DNA of 64,000 bases from Diplonema japonicum (lineage: Eukaryota; Protista; Euglenozoa: Diplonemea), in the NCBI GenBank assembly GCA_964019335.1, contig OZ025691.1, positions 124,001 to 188,000 on the forward strand. Reading direction: 5' to 3'. Shown piece by piece: positions 1-11,471 of the stretch. The position numbers and the translations under genes are program-made. A model generated the notes under the pieces. The model ran no database searches. It saw only the letters and a list, made by a program, of their open reading frames with translations, and was not told the DNA's origin. Each line of letters begins with the position of its first letter. The first letter of the stretch is position 1.

Positions 1-23
1 TCACAGGGATATCCTGCGTACCC

Positions 24-1322
24 ATGACAGACCCTACCTACGGGAAGCTGTCGCCAAGGATTGAGCTGGGGCTACGACCGCTGACACCAAGAGAAAAAGC
101 ACATGAGAGGGCTCAGAGAAAGAGACAGTCTATCACACTGAAATCGCTAACTGGAGTGGAAGTTGATGAAGACGAGGAGGGGAGGGAGCTGGAGGCGAGG
201 CGGAAACTATCATCTCTAGCAACAAGCGACGTCAAGTCAACAGCGTCGATGCGGAGGCTGCTGAACAGCATGGGGACCCTGGCCATGACAGACGAGGACG
301 GTACACAACTGACGCCGCGACTAGCAGAAGGGAGAGAAACACCTAGGGGGATATGGGACGACTCTGTCAAGGAGAGAACAGGGAGAGGGGAGAGGGAGAA
401 ATCCGTGGAGAAGAAAAAGGAGATCGCAACGGAAGACGGGACTGTCTTCAACATCGAGGTCATCTCGTGCTCCACCAAGTCCGAAGCAGGAGAGGATGCA
501 GGCGACGCAGAAGAGGAACAGACAGTAGAACCGGAGATCAGCGCAGGAATGATCAGCACCCCTGTGGCGGTCGTGCTGAAAGTAGACGAGAAGCAAGACA
601 AGGACAACACCGAGAAAGATTCATCTTCTTCATCAACATCAGTCTCGTCTGTGCACTCCCTTAGCCCAGAGGCAATGGCGGTGCCTGTTGTCATTGTTGA
701 CAGGACCCTGGGCCTATCCCTCCCTGCCTTGGAAGAGCCCATTGAGTATCCCAACGACAGGCTCGAACCAAAGTCGAGCAATTTATCATCAAAGGTGAGC
801 TCACGTGCTTCCACACCGAAAATCCCACCATTAAACCTCGGAGGGCTGTCCCCTGTGTCGCCAATGCTTAAAATCCAACCGGGAAGCGACGACGTTCCTC
901 TGATAATAGAACCGGTTCCTGACCCGGAGGAGAAGGAGCGGAAGAAGAAAGCAAACAGTGACGCGGTTCGTAAAATGCTGGAAGGGGTTGGGACAATGCA
1001 GTCGATGGTGGAAAGCCCGAAGGAAAAAGAGAAGGAAAAGGAGAAGGAGAAGCATGATGAGGAAGCTCCTACAGACGAGGAAGGCCCGAGCCTAGACGAG
1101 ATAAAGCGTGTCATTCCACAGGAAGTCATCAACGTGCTGAATCTGAGCGGTGCCATGGGCACTACAAGGTGCTCCGTCCGAAAGATGTACACCCCGAAGG
1201 ACATCGCTGCCTCTTCACTGTGCATAAGGGGTTCGAACCCCTTTGGTTTGAAACCCGACGATATCAAGCCGGGCATTACAATGCGAGACGTTCTGGCAAC
1301 AGCTACTTCTATGAACAGTTAG
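24..1322 (+). CDS. Hypothetical low-complexity (E/K/S/P-rich) protein, probably the last exon of a gene starting upstream of the window
   Basis: 432-aa ORF with coding-like composition. It is preceded by a candidate acceptor (tcacag at 1-6) and followed by homopolymer spacer. No domain recognised. Confidence 0.7.
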   Translation: MTDPTYGKLSPRIELGLRPLTPREKAHERAQRKRQSITLKSLTGVEVDEDEEGRELEARRKLSSLATSDVKSTASMRRLLNSMGTLAMTDEDGTQLTPRLAEGRETPRGIWDDSVKERTGRGEREKSVEKKKEIATEDGTVFNIEVISCSTKSEAGEDAGDAEEEQTVEPEISAGMISTPVAVVLKVDEKQDKDNTEKDSSSSSTSVSSVHSLSPEAMAVPVVIVDRTLGLSLPALEEPIEYPNDRLEPKSSNLSSKVSSRASTPKIPPLNLGGLSPVSPMLKIQPGSDDVPLIIEPVPDPEEKERKKKANSDAVRKMLEGVGTMQSMVESPKEKEKEKEKEKHDEEAPTDEEGPSLDEIKRVIPQEVINVLNLSGAMGTTRCSVRKMYTPKDIAASSLCIRGSNPFGLKPDDIKPGITMRDVLATATSMNS

Positions 1323-2106
1323 ACCCTGGTTGGAGGGGGGTTTTTTTTTTCTTTTCTTTTCTTTTTTTTCTTTTTTTTTTCCACAGACACTAGTTCCCTT
1401 CGTTTGGGAAATGGGAGTTTTCTTTTTTTTTTTTTTTTTAGAAAGAAAAAAAAAAAAAAAAAAAAAAGTAACAGGTCAAAAGACTGCGGTGAACCGGCTC
1501 TCTTTCATCTGCTCCCATTTTCCCCTTTCCCCTTTCCCCTTCGCTTTCATCCTTCTCTTTCAGCTCTCTTCCCATACTTGGTTCCAGGGAGAAAAAAAAT
1601 GAAGGATATTTTCGTTCTAAGAATGGATGGAGTTTACGGAAGGACGAAAGGTTTTTTTTTTTTTTTTTTTTCCTTTGCTCTTCTTGTGTGAAGAATTTAA
1701 TATGAAACGCTTCCCTTTAACTCCCCCCCCCCCCCCTCCTTTATTTTGTATTCCTGTCTTTAGGAAAACCTACGGTTCTATTTTGTTTATTTTTTGTTTG
1801 TCTGCCCCCACCCCAAAAAAAAAGATTTTTTGAACTATTCTTTTTCACATTCCACATTTCTTATTCTTTCCCCCTTTTTTTTTTAAAGCAGTTTTTAAGC
1901 AAGTTTCTTCATCACCAAGAATTGGATTCCCCCCCCCCCCCCCCCCCTATTCTCCTTGCTTTTTTCTTCTTCTTTTTTTCTGCGGTAACTTTAACTTTTC
2001 TTTTATAAACAAAAAACACTATCCCCCCCCCCCCCCCCCTCCCCTTCATCCCATCTTACCATCACCACAAAATTTGTTCCAGGTAAAAAAAAAAAAAATA
2101 ACAAAA

Positions 2107-3099
2107 ATGTTGAAGATAGCCGCCATGATGCTCTTGGTGCCTTGCACCATGGGTATGGACGCCAGGGCTCAGTTCGAGCAGTTCAAGACCGACTTCAACA
2201 AGGTTTACAAGAGCAAAGCGGAGGAGCAGGTGAGGTTCTTGAACTTCAAGGAGTCGCTGAGGAGGGTGGAGGCATCGGGGAACAAGGCCCACGGCGTGAC
2301 GCAGTTCAGTGACATGACCACGATGGAGTTCTCGAAGCTGTACCTCGGTGCCAAGGGCGGTGCGGGAGCACCCAAAACCACGGCAACATGGGACGGGAAG
2401 TGCACCGCCTGCGACAGGTTCCCGGAGGCAAAGGCAAACGCCACCTCATGGGACTGGACAACTAAGGGTGCCGTGACCCACATCAAGAACCAAGGACAGT
2501 GCGGTTCATGCTGGTCGTTCGGCACCACAGGCGACATTGAGGGGACCTGGTTCCTCGCAGGCCACACCCTGACAGCTCTCTCCGAGCAGGAGCTTGTGTC
2601 GTGCGACAAGGTCACCGATGGCTGCGACGGTGGGTGGCCCAAGGACGCCATGAAGTTCGTTGTTCAGAAGGGCGGGCTTGTGACTGAGGGAACCTACCCG
2701 TACACCTCAGGCGACGGTGTTACCGGCAACTGCAAGGAGACCAAGACTACCCCTGTTGCCGCGTCCATCAAGAACTACTACCAGGTTTCGTCCTCCGCCG
2801 CTGGTGAGGCCAACATCCTCCAGCAGCTCCCCCAGGTGGGCCCCATCGCTATTGTCATCAACGCCACCCCCATGCAGGACTACAGGGGCGGGATCGACAA
2901 CCCCCGCAACTGCCCCGGCCAGATGAAGGACCTCGACCACGTTGTGCTCATCGTTGGTTTCGGCGAGGAGAACGGCACCAAGTACTGGAAGATCAAGAAC
3001 TCCTGGGGTGCCTCGTGGGGCGAGGAGGGCTTCTACCGCATTGTCCGTGGTGAGAACAAGTGCGGTCTGGCCATGGATGCCATCCACTCCACCCAGTAA
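2107..3099 (+). CDS. Papain-family (C1A) cathepsin L/F-like cysteine peptidase with signal peptide and I29 prodomain
   Basis: Signal peptide MLKIAAMMLLVP, prodomain ERFNIN-like segment and GVTQFSDMT, catalytic motifs QGQCGSCW, DHVVLIVGFG and YWKIKNSWG. High GC3. Confidence 0.96.
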   Translation: MLKIAAMMLLVPCTMGMDARAQFEQFKTDFNKVYKSKAEEQVRFLNFKESLRRVEASGNKAHGVTQFSDMTTMEFSKLYLGAKGGAGAPKTTATWDGKCTACDRFPEAKANATSWDWTTKGAVTHIKNQGQCGSCWSFGTTGDIEGTWFLAGHTLTALSEQELVSCDKVTDGCDGGWPKDAMKFVVQKGGLVTEGTYPYTSGDGVTGNCKETKTTPVAASIKNYYQVSSSAAGEANILQQLPQVGPIAIVINATPMQDYRGGIDNPRNCPGQMKDLDHVVLIVGFGEENGTKYWKIKNSWGASWGEEGFYRIVRGENKCGLAMDAIHSTQ

Positions 3100-3498
3100 A
3101 CACACGGAAGTCTGGGCTCTCTCCTTTTCTCAACCCCCCCCCCCCCCCCTTCCCCTCGTTTAAAGGCCCATGACAGGGGTCACAAGAGTGCATTGTCGTC
3201 CTTCCATTAATTTTTTTCTTCTTCCTTCTTCTTTTTTTTCCCTTTCTTTGTCTGTCTGTTTCCCTGTTAACCATGTTGGCGGGGAGGCAAGAAAAGAAAG
3301 AAAGAAAGAAAAAAACGAGGTCAGGAGGAAAGAGAATGGATCTTTTATTACGTTTCTTTTCTTTATCCCCCCTTTTTCCTTCTTCTTTTTTTTTTTTTTT
3401 TTTTTTCCTTCTTTGCGTGAAACCTTTTTTTATTATTCTCACCCTTACATGCCACACCGCAACAACAACAAAACAAAAAAAAAGGGGCGCAGAAAGAA

Positions 3499-4736
3499 AT
3501 GTCTTCCAAGGTGGCAACGGTGTTGTTGCTGCTGCTGTGGGGGTCAGGGTGTGAGGGGCACACGTTCAGCTTGAAGGTGTCGGGGGACAAGAGAAGGGTT
3601 ATGGACCTGGGGGTGTTCGGATTTGGGGGGAAAGGGGTGCTCCAACTGGAGGTGAAATCCCTCTCCTTGGACGATAAGGACGCGGAGAAAACAGAGAAAC
3701 AAATTGGCTTCACCCTAGACCGGGTAAACACGGCACTCCTGGCCAGACAAGAAAAAAACTACGGGAAAGGAGAGGGCGCCAAAAACGGCCGCTGCTTTGT
3801 AGATGACGAGCAAGTTGTTCCAAAAGACGCTATAGAGGGCTGGAGACACACATTCCCGGTTCAAGGAATGCTCCGTGTTGAAAGCCCTGTGAAAAGAGTG
3901 TTCCCCAAGAGAGAGATTGTCGTTCCTGGTTTGTACGCACTGTTCTTCTACAACTGCAAAAAGTTCAACAATGGGACAGCAGACGGGACGAGCATAACAC
4001 CGGTTCCCGTCAACTTTGAGGTGACAGTCACCGAGCTCAACATATTGCCCAGCGGGAAAAAATCTTACCTGTCTCATGGAAAACGATTTCTCCCTGAGAT
4101 GTACGGGTGCTTCACAATGACATTCATTGTTGTCCTTGGCCTTTGGGCCCGGGCGCTGGTCCACAACACTAGAAACGTGACTAAGATACATCACTTGATG
4201 ACAACATTGGTTGTGTTTAAAATTTTGTCCCTCTTCTGCGAGATGATGAAGGAGTACTGGAAGCGGCAGATAGGACACATCACAGCGTGGAACTATTTCT
4301 TTTACGTCTTCCTCACGCTGAAGGGGATCATGCTGTTCACGGTCATCCTCCTCCTCGGCACCGGGTGGTCCGTTTTGAAACCGTTCCTCTCTGAGAAGGA
4401 CAAGCGGATTATAGCCGCCATTCTTCCCCTTCAGATACTCATACACACTGCCATCGCAGTCATCGAGGAGAGCAGCGAGGGGGCTGCCTCTTACACCCAC
4501 TGGAGAGACATGCTGCTGATCAGCGATGTTGTTTGTTGTTGTGTGGTGCTTTTGCCGATAATTTGGAGTATTAAAAACGTATGGTTTTTTTTTTTTTTTT
4601 TTTTTTTTTTAGAAAAAAAAAAAAAAAAAAAGTAGATAAGCGAAACACGTGGCAAAGCCACCGATGGTAAGGAAGAAGCCACATTGAACCGCCTGCGACA
4701 GTTCAGGACGTTTTATGCAATTGTGGTATGGAGGGG

Positions 4737-4767
<31 letters not shown>

Positions 4768-5009
4768 TTGTTTTCATCTACTTTACGCGTATTGTGGTGC
4801 CCTTTATCGAGACTGCACTTCCCTTTAGAAAGACCTGGATGGCTCCTTTTCTGGCCGAATCCGCGTCTCTTGCGTTCTATTTCTTCGCTGGGTGGAAATT
4901 CGGTCCCCAATCGCCCGTCCCCAAATCTTCCGGAGATGAACGGGGAAGGGATATTGAAGAAGTCCCCTTGACACAAGCAGACCAGAGAAACCCAAGCTTG
5001 CAAGGATGA
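3499..5009 (+). CDS. GPR107: GPR107/GPR108 (lung seven-transmembrane, GOST family) protein; introns 4579-4635 and 4726-4766
   Basis: GLYALFFYNC, LLGTGWSVLKPFLSEKDK and, after splicing, ATDGK..L..FRTFY and YFTRIVV. Both GT-AG introns restore the frame. Confidence 0.9.
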
Positions 5010-5249
5010 ACAGGGAGGGGAGGGGGAGGGGGATGTATCCTTTTTTTTTTTTTTTTTTTAAAATAAGTAGAGTGTTGTTCTCTTTTTCTTATCTTTGCTC
5101 TTTACTATTTATTTATCCCCCCCCCCCCACCCCCCCCCCCGTTTTTTTTTCTTTTGTCCTCGCCTTTATAACACAGTATTGTTTTTCTTTTTTCTGTCTC
5201 TATTATTTGGGAGAAAAAAAAAAAGAAAAAAAAAAGAAGAAAAAAGAAG

Positions 5250-6290
5250 AATGACTTTGGTGGGTTTGCGGGTTTGGTCGGACCACTCTTTTCTCTGTGC
5301 AGTAAGTACTGCGCATTGTCTTTCAAGTATATCGCACGTTCTGCTGGATGCGAATTTCGGCCTTCCGGTGTACCCCTTCAATCGCTTGGGTGCACCTATC
5401 GATCGTAACACCACGGATTCTGTTATTTCCCTGGGCATGAATGGCTTTGGTGCGTGTGCCTCGGCTGTGTCCAGTTATGTTTGCCTAAAACGTGCACTCT
5501 ATCACTAGTTCTAGTCTAGTTACCGACCCCTGCTTGTTCCATTCTAACTTCGTAAGCCACTTGATTACTTCCGGCACAATCTGTGCTCCCATGAAGTTCA
5601 TCTTCAAGTGCTTACGCAGCACAGGGCGTTCCAGACATGTATCCTTTTCTCATTCTTTTCTGCTATCATCTTGGTTGCATCGCAAGAGTTACCATGTTGA
5701 CCAGCAGTTCTGCACAATTTCCGGCTGCGGTACCTTTCAGTCTTTCGGTATGATTCTATGAAGTCTTAGACATTGAGGCATATCTTCGGAAAATTAATTA
5801 CCGTGGTGTACATCGCTTCTTTTCGTACAGATTCATATTCCTGTAGATATGCTCCAGGTATGCTGTGTACCTGCCCGCATCCCCTGCACAGTACTCTTGG
5901 ATCTTCTACCTTGGGGTGGACCATCCCAAGAGCTCCAGTCAGCATTCTCCTAGCGTTGTTCTGTATTTGCCATTTCGTTCTTTGTTTCGCTGTGCACCTT
6001 TTTCAGCAGTTTTTTTATTCTTCTACATCTTCGTGGTGTACATCGCTGCCATCACTGGATCGTGTGTGCGACCTGGGAGCACTATGTCAGTAGGGCGGTG
6101 ATGAACGCATCCGTCTTGCTGCCTCTATCGCGTTCGAGACCCTTTTGTGGCCCGCTTGTCGTGCTCTTGTCATATAAATAGTAACTCCGCTTTCACTGCC
6201 TTCGTCGATGCATAAGTGACTCACCATCTTTCACTTTGGACACGTATCCTTCTTCGTCGAGAATGTTAACGTCTTTGGTTTGATTCAAAA
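5250..6290 (-). pseudogene. Degenerate coding relic, possibly the 3' part of a non-LTR retrotransposon ORF
   Basis: About 1 kb with balanced composition and no homopolymers. Minus-strand fragments RMLTGAL..LCRGCGQVH and VIKWLTKLEW..VTRLELVIE are broken by stops. The family assignment is a resemblance only. Confidence 0.35.
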
Positions 6291-6308
6291 AAAAAAGTTT
6301 TTTTTTAA

Positions 6309-7920
6309 CCCATAACACTCCGGGGCCTATCTACATAGGGGTCCCTTTTTTGCTCCTTTTCATAATCTGAGGGGAAAAATGGCAGCATTCAACCCCCGTT
6401 TGCAGGTAAAACGGGTTTTTTGGACCAGGAAAATTAAAAAAAAAGTTCAAAAATTAATAAAAATACAAAGGGGATGAAGAGTTGAATGGCCGTAGGGTGC
6501 TCAAAAACGACCATGTCAAAATGGGTTGTGCACGGGGAGGTGTAAATTGAGCATCCTGGGACAAAAAAGGCAGCATCAGGATCCCTCAGATGTCTCAGAC
6601 CGAGAGAAGTGCCTATTTGCGGGTGGAATATCGGCCTCGAAATCGTCAAGAGGCCTTTTTGGGGTGATGGAAGAGTGGTACGAAAAAAGCACTTATTTGG
6701 ACAGAGGTGTTGGTTTCAGGTGTAGCATTTGTAGATTGTGCGTTTTGTGTCATTCTTTCAACCTGCAGACCCTGGAGGTGCCCCCTTTGAGTGGCTAGCG
6801 GTCACGTTTGGTGTAATCTGGGGTATCGGGTGTGTGTGCACCACTAGTTGGGTGCCGGGAGTGGTGTTTTTGCAACGTTGGACCCATCAATTAGGCTCTC
6901 TCGAAAGCGCTCTTTAAAGCAGCCAGGGTTGTGTATCTCTTTGGCATCCCTGAACCATATTTTATTTGAAGTGCATGGCAGTTAACTATTGTCACTTCTA
7001 GGGCCCACCAGAAGAGTCTGCAACACCCAACGAAATGCAAGCCCCTCACAGCAGGGCTTCGGCCAGACCCACAGTCGAAAAGTAGCTATCGCAAACTACT
7101 GTGTTGTCATTTCCCCGCAAAGGCTCTGTTAACCCCAGCCCGCTTTTCCACAACACTGAAATCTTCAAGTGCGTGCCCCTCGATTTTGGTGGCGTGGATG
7201 TGAAACGCAAAAGATAACCCGTGCGCGCAGTTTAGGCAGTAGATTTTATCACCGTTTGACTCTTGTGTGTGAGTGAAGTGGAGGCTACTTTTGATTTCCC
7301 AGTAGCGTCTCCTGGGCATCGTGTTACTGAAAAGGGGGATTTTCATGGGTCCTGTGGACCAATACGACTGCTGATTCTGGGCACGCCGTAAACCCATCGC
7401 AATGCTCAATCCGAGTAAGCGGTGGAGTCTTGGGTCGAAATCTTATCAATCTCAGCGTCCTTTTGCCTGTTTGTCTCTTCTTGGATGACGTCTGTTAACT
7501 TGTTATAAAAAAACCGAAGGAATAACCATTTTGCGTCGTCAGGTTTCTGCGTACCACGGGACAGCTTTTTTTCTCCCCACTGGCCTATTTTATGGTCTCT
7601 ATGGGTACCAACTCCCTTACCCATGAAGGTTGGACCTCGTCCGTAGCTGTTTTGGCTTTACCTTTGCGTTTTTTGGGAACAATTTGGGCACAGTATGCAC
7701 ACCCGTTATTTTGCGTTTTTAGCCTATCTACTCGGATTTGGGACCCACTTGGTGGGTGGATAACAAGGTAAAGTGATGCAGCGCAGCATTAATTGCAGTT
7801 GAAAATAACTCCTCACAACAGTCGTTCTTGGAGATCCAGGGGTCGTGGGGACGAAAAAGTACTTAGAGAAAAAAACGATTTTTCAAAACGACAAATATTT
7901 GCGCCTTGGAGTGTTATGGG
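6309..7920 (-). mobile_element. Internally deleted piggyBac-family DNA transposon
   Basis: TIRs CCCATAACACTCC (6309) and GGAGTGTTATGGG (7920), flanked by TTAA and TTAT. Minus-strand transposase fragments in order: FLRFF..IQEETN, YWS..M.RRRY..IKSSLHF..DK, VVCDSYFST, RLFWWALEVTIVNCHAL, and the C-terminal Cys-rich TIYKCYT*NQHLCPNKCF. Confidence 0.9.
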
Positions 7921-7987
7921 TTATATAAAAAAAAAAAAAAAACGCAAGAAAAGGGAAAAAAAAAAAAAAGAAATGCTATAGTTCACT

Positions 7988-9937
7988 ATGATCCAACAAA
8001 CCGCCGCCGAAGTACTTTCCTTGATTAATCACAGGAAAGGCGTAGCGAGAGATGTGGCTGGGAGGCGGCCAAGGCCACCGACTGCCCCTCCCCGAACAAG
8101 AGATACGCCTTCCCCATGGAAGAAACCGCACCGTGGGGCGATGGTAAAGTCAGCAATGCATCGACCTGCAAGCCCTTATGACACAATGGCAAGCACCAGC
8201 ATGCTCCTGGAAGACGACATCCTCAAAGCCACTCTCGCAGCACGATCAGCTCAACGACGAGCCGCAGTGCAACTAGCCGTCAAGGCCTACCGCAAGCTCC
8301 TCACAATCTACTTCTTCAAGCTTGAGCTCTACTCAATCTCCGACAACGTTTCCCACACCCCGCCAAAGGAAGACGCCCTCCGCACCTTTGTCAAGTACTA
8401 CAACAACAAACAGGCAGGCCTCACCTTCATGTACCAAGTCGTGGCAGAGGCGCCCAACACTTCAATGCTCGACAGTCTTCGGAGATTACTTGAAATATGC
8501 CTTGGCATCAGAATGCCAAGCGAGACATGGAGTCAAGAGTGCGCTGACGTGGCCATCGACCTTGATGGGGACAAACAACCATCACCACCACCACCACCTC
8601 CTCCTCCGGAGACGAGGAGCGGTCGGTCACGCTCGCGGAAAAAAAAACTGCAAGGAAAAGGGAAGAAGAAGCAACGCCCCGAGTCGCCGTGGTGGGAGGA
8701 TGATAAAAAGCGGCGGGTGTGGTTGTACAGACTCATGAGGAAGTCTCGTCCACTGCAAGGGAAGCCGAAGAAGGTCCCCATGTCGAACCCGGCGATCCCA
8801 CCATCGGTACCAGTGCGCGGCTCAGCTCTCCCAGCATCGTTCGCACGCAATGACAGAAAAGCGTACGCAGACGCAGCGATTGCAAAGCGTCGGTTCAAAG
8901 AGTTCCCGTGGACTGAGGACAACGTTGAAGCCTTTTTCGAGAACATGCACCACTTCGTATGGGAACAACGTATCGAGAGGAACACCAACGACGCCACTGT
9001 CCTGGCAAGGCTGAAGTTTATCCGCAAGTTAGCCGACAGCCTAATTATGCGTGGCGTCTACACCCACTTGAAGGGCGTGGTCATGCCACGCGTTATCAAA
9101 CGACGCAAAATCATCACTGCGCTGAACGAGATGCAGCAACAAGCGGTGGCCAGACTTTTGGCAGATACTTGGTACAGCTTCTTCGGGTGGTGCAAGATAC
9201 GGCGCCAGATACAAAACTTGGACTTCGCTCTGTTAGTCAAATATTATCGGCTCTTATACAGGTACAGGTGTCGAAAGCAAGGCCTTGCAAACGTCAAGAA
9301 ACAGCTTGAGAAGTTGTGGCATATCGTGAAGTTCCCACTGTTGCTCTCGTCGTGGTGGGCGTGGCGGATTTGGGCGTTTGTTTCAATTGAGACTCTCAAC
9401 AGGCGGGCCTTGCAAAGAATGATGTGCGTCACAATAGGTGAATGTGCATCCAACGACTTTGTCACCACCCTCGCAGACAGGTACTACAAGGAGTCCGTGA
9501 ACATCGCAGCCGCTACGTATCTGTGGCAGATACGAGGGAGAAGCAACCTCGTCCATCTTGAGAAATACCTCACCAAGATGAAGCTCCACATGGACATAAA
9601 ACGGCAGGAAAAGGTAGCAATTACAAAGCGCAGGGAGGCGCGGAAGGAAGCTGCAAGGAACCCGAAGTCCTACATTGCAAAACGTCTGTCTCAGCTGCGT
9701 TGCACGGCAAATCGCCACTACAGGTGCTGTTTTTATAAGAGGCTCGCACTTTGGCACTGTTTGAATCAGGCTGCTAGACGCATCCAGGACTTCTGGCGGA
9801 ACCGAAACACATTGATAAGAGTGCAGTGGCGTGCCACGGCGGAAGCCATCCAAAAGGCTCGCCGAGACCACGAGCACTACTGCGTATGCCATGGGGCGCC
9901 GTATCTTGTTTGCCGCAACCTACCCGACGATGCGTAG
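7988..9937 (+). CDS. Hypothetical basic protein with a C-terminal IQ-like motif
   Basis: 649-aa ORF. AARRIQDFWRNR resembles an IQ calmodulin-binding motif. Confidence 0.75.
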   Translation: MIQQTAAEVLSLINHRKGVARDVAGRRPRPPTAPPRTRDTPSPWKKPHRGAMVKSAMHRPASPYDTMASTSMLLEDDILKATLAARSAQRRAAVQLAVKAYRKLLTIYFFKLELYSISDNVSHTPPKEDALRTFVKYYNNKQAGLTFMYQVVAEAPNTSMLDSLRRLLEICLGIRMPSETWSQECADVAIDLDGDKQPSPPPPPPPPETRSGRSRSRKKKLQGKGKKKQRPESPWWEDDKKRRVWLYRLMRKSRPLQGKPKKVPMSNPAIPPSVPVRGSALPASFARNDRKAYADAAIAKRRFKEFPWTEDNVEAFFENMHHFVWEQRIERNTNDATVLARLKFIRKLADSLIMRGVYTHLKGVVMPRVIKRRKIITALNEMQQQAVARLLADTWYSFFGWCKIRRQIQNLDFALLVKYYRLLYRYRCRKQGLANVKKQLEKLWHIVKFPLLLSSWWAWRIWAFVSIETLNRRALQRMMCVTIGECASNDFVTTLADRYYKESVNIAAATYLWQIRGRSNLVHLEKYLTKMKLHMDIKRQEKVAITKRREARKEAARNPKSYIAKRLSQLRCTANRHYRCCFYKRLALWHCLNQAARRIQDFWRNRNTLIRVQWRATAEAIQKARRDHEHYCVCHGAPYLVCRNLPDDA

Positions 9938-9981
9938 CGTACCTACTCGACGATGTACCTACCCGACGATGTGTAGCGTAC
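9918..9981 (+). repeat. Imperfect triplication of ACCTACCCGACGATG(YGTAGCGT) spanning the stop codon
   Basis: Three related units read directly from the sequence. Confidence 0.75.
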
Positions 9982-10054
9982 TGTTCTGAAGGAATCTTCT
10001 GTTACGGTTGTGTATTTTCAGTTAAAGTAAATCGTTTTTTCTTGCCCCCCCCCC

Positions 10055-10190
10055 GGCCATGTTGGCAAGGAAACGCGTTTCCAAGCTTATTTTTGAGGTC
10101 GTTTCCTTAAGAAGGGAACACGTTTCCCTCTAAGTTATCTGAGAAATAAGGAAACGGAAACGTTTCCTCCGTTTCTTGCCACACATAGCC
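10055..10190. mobile_element. MITE, GGCTATG...CATAGCC family (copy 1)
   Basis: Imperfect ~21-bp TIRs (ggccatgttggcaaggaaacg / cgtttcttgccacacatagcc). Internal GGAAACG/CGTTTCC repeats and gtttccttaagaagg are shared with 52816-52971. Confidence 0.75.
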
Positions 10191-10405
10191 ACCCCCCCCC
10201 TTTTTTTTCTGTATGGAGCAAAAGAAGAAAGAAGAAAATTCAGGGAATGGTTTACACCACTATCCCCCCCTCTCCCCCCTTTAACCGCCCCCCCCTACTG
10301 TGCAGCAAGACCTTGAGTTCTTCTCCATCAAATGTTGCAACTAAGATTTGTGTGCAATTTTTGGGACACCAGCTGAACTTTTAGGGGGTGGGGGGTGGGG
10401 GAGAA

Positions 10406-11404
10406 ATGAACAAGCTTAAGACAGACATGGAGGCTGTCTTTACAGGGTTTCAACACGAGCTTGAAAAATACGCAGACGAGAGGGAGAAGTGGAAGGCAGA
10501 GGCAGCCGCCGAAAAAGAGGCGTTCCAAAAAGAGCGGGAGCTGATGTTGGAAAAGGTTGCAGAGGAACGCGACACCACCCGCGCCGAAGAAGCAAGAGTG
10601 GCTCAAATGGCGGAGGACATGAAAGAGTACGAAGAAGAGCTCATGTGCAAAGCCGGGATTTTAAGGGACAAGGAAAAAGAGATCGAAGAGAGGGAAGCAA
10701 AGCTGCACAGTGAATGGGAGCAACACGGCGAGGCAGTCAAACGTTTCGTTGACGTGAGGAATGAAATCGAAGCGGAAAGAACAGCGCTGAGCGAAGACAG
10801 AGACAGGATGGTGATGGAAAGGAGGGAGTGGGAGACAGACATAGACGCTAGAGAGAAGCAAAACCAAATCAAAATCATGAAGCTCAAGGAGTTGAAGGAG
10901 TACATTGAAATAGCAGGGAAAGGCCCCGACAAGGGGGACGGTCAGGGAGTGGTAACCTTTGTAAACGCGAGAAAAAGAAAATCGAACGTGGATGAGCTCG
11001 AACTCGACTTCTTAACAACGATCAACAAAGCCGTCCATGTAGGCGAGATGGCCCAAAGGAGCACCGCGGACATGACACTAAAGCTCAAAGATGGCACCAC
11101 AATGCTACGGCTCAGGTACTACTCCGGCCCTACCCCTGCCGCTCGGGGCCGTAAAAACACGCTTATTCTCTATTCATGTAAAAACGCAGTAGCTCGGGTG
11201 TCGTTTCCTCCCGACGCTGACAGCACTTTCATCCTCACGTTGTGTGTGGACACCGCTTCGCGCACATTATCCTTGACACAGCAAGACCTTCTGGTCTCGC
11301 GTGACGGGATGTGGTCTGCCGAGTCCATCGGAGCACCGCTTAACCTCTACACGGCGAACATTTGTCTAACCGTTCCAGGAAGCTTTGTAGAAATCCTTAA
11401 TTAA
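10406..11404 (+). CDS. Hypothetical coiled-coil protein with globular C-terminal domain
   Basis: E/K/R-rich heptad region followed by a beta-rich C-terminus. First ATG at 10406. Confidence 0.8.
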   Translation: MNKLKTDMEAVFTGFQHELEKYADEREKWKAEAAAEKEAFQKERELMLEKVAEERDTTRAEEARVAQMAEDMKEYEEELMCKAGILRDKEKEIEEREAKLHSEWEQHGEAVKRFVDVRNEIEAERTALSEDRDRMVMERREWETDIDAREKQNQIKIMKLKELKEYIEIAGKGPDKGDGQGVVTFVNARKRKSNVDELELDFLTTINKAVHVGEMAQRSTADMTLKLKDGTTMLRLRYYSGPTPAARGRKNTLILYSCKNAVARVSFPPDADSTFILTLCVDTASRTLSLTQQDLLVSRDGMWSAESIGAPLNLYTANICLTVPGSFVEILN

Positions 11405-11471
11405 AACTTATTTATTTATTTATTTATTTTTTAGTTTTTTTAGTTAAAAAAAACCTTAAAGGAGTGATGTA

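Noticed and set aside
113-1276. Long minus-strand ORFs (also 13341-14378, 15548-16720, 45637-46263)
   Set aside because: Antisense shadows of + strand CDSs with no recognisable domains.
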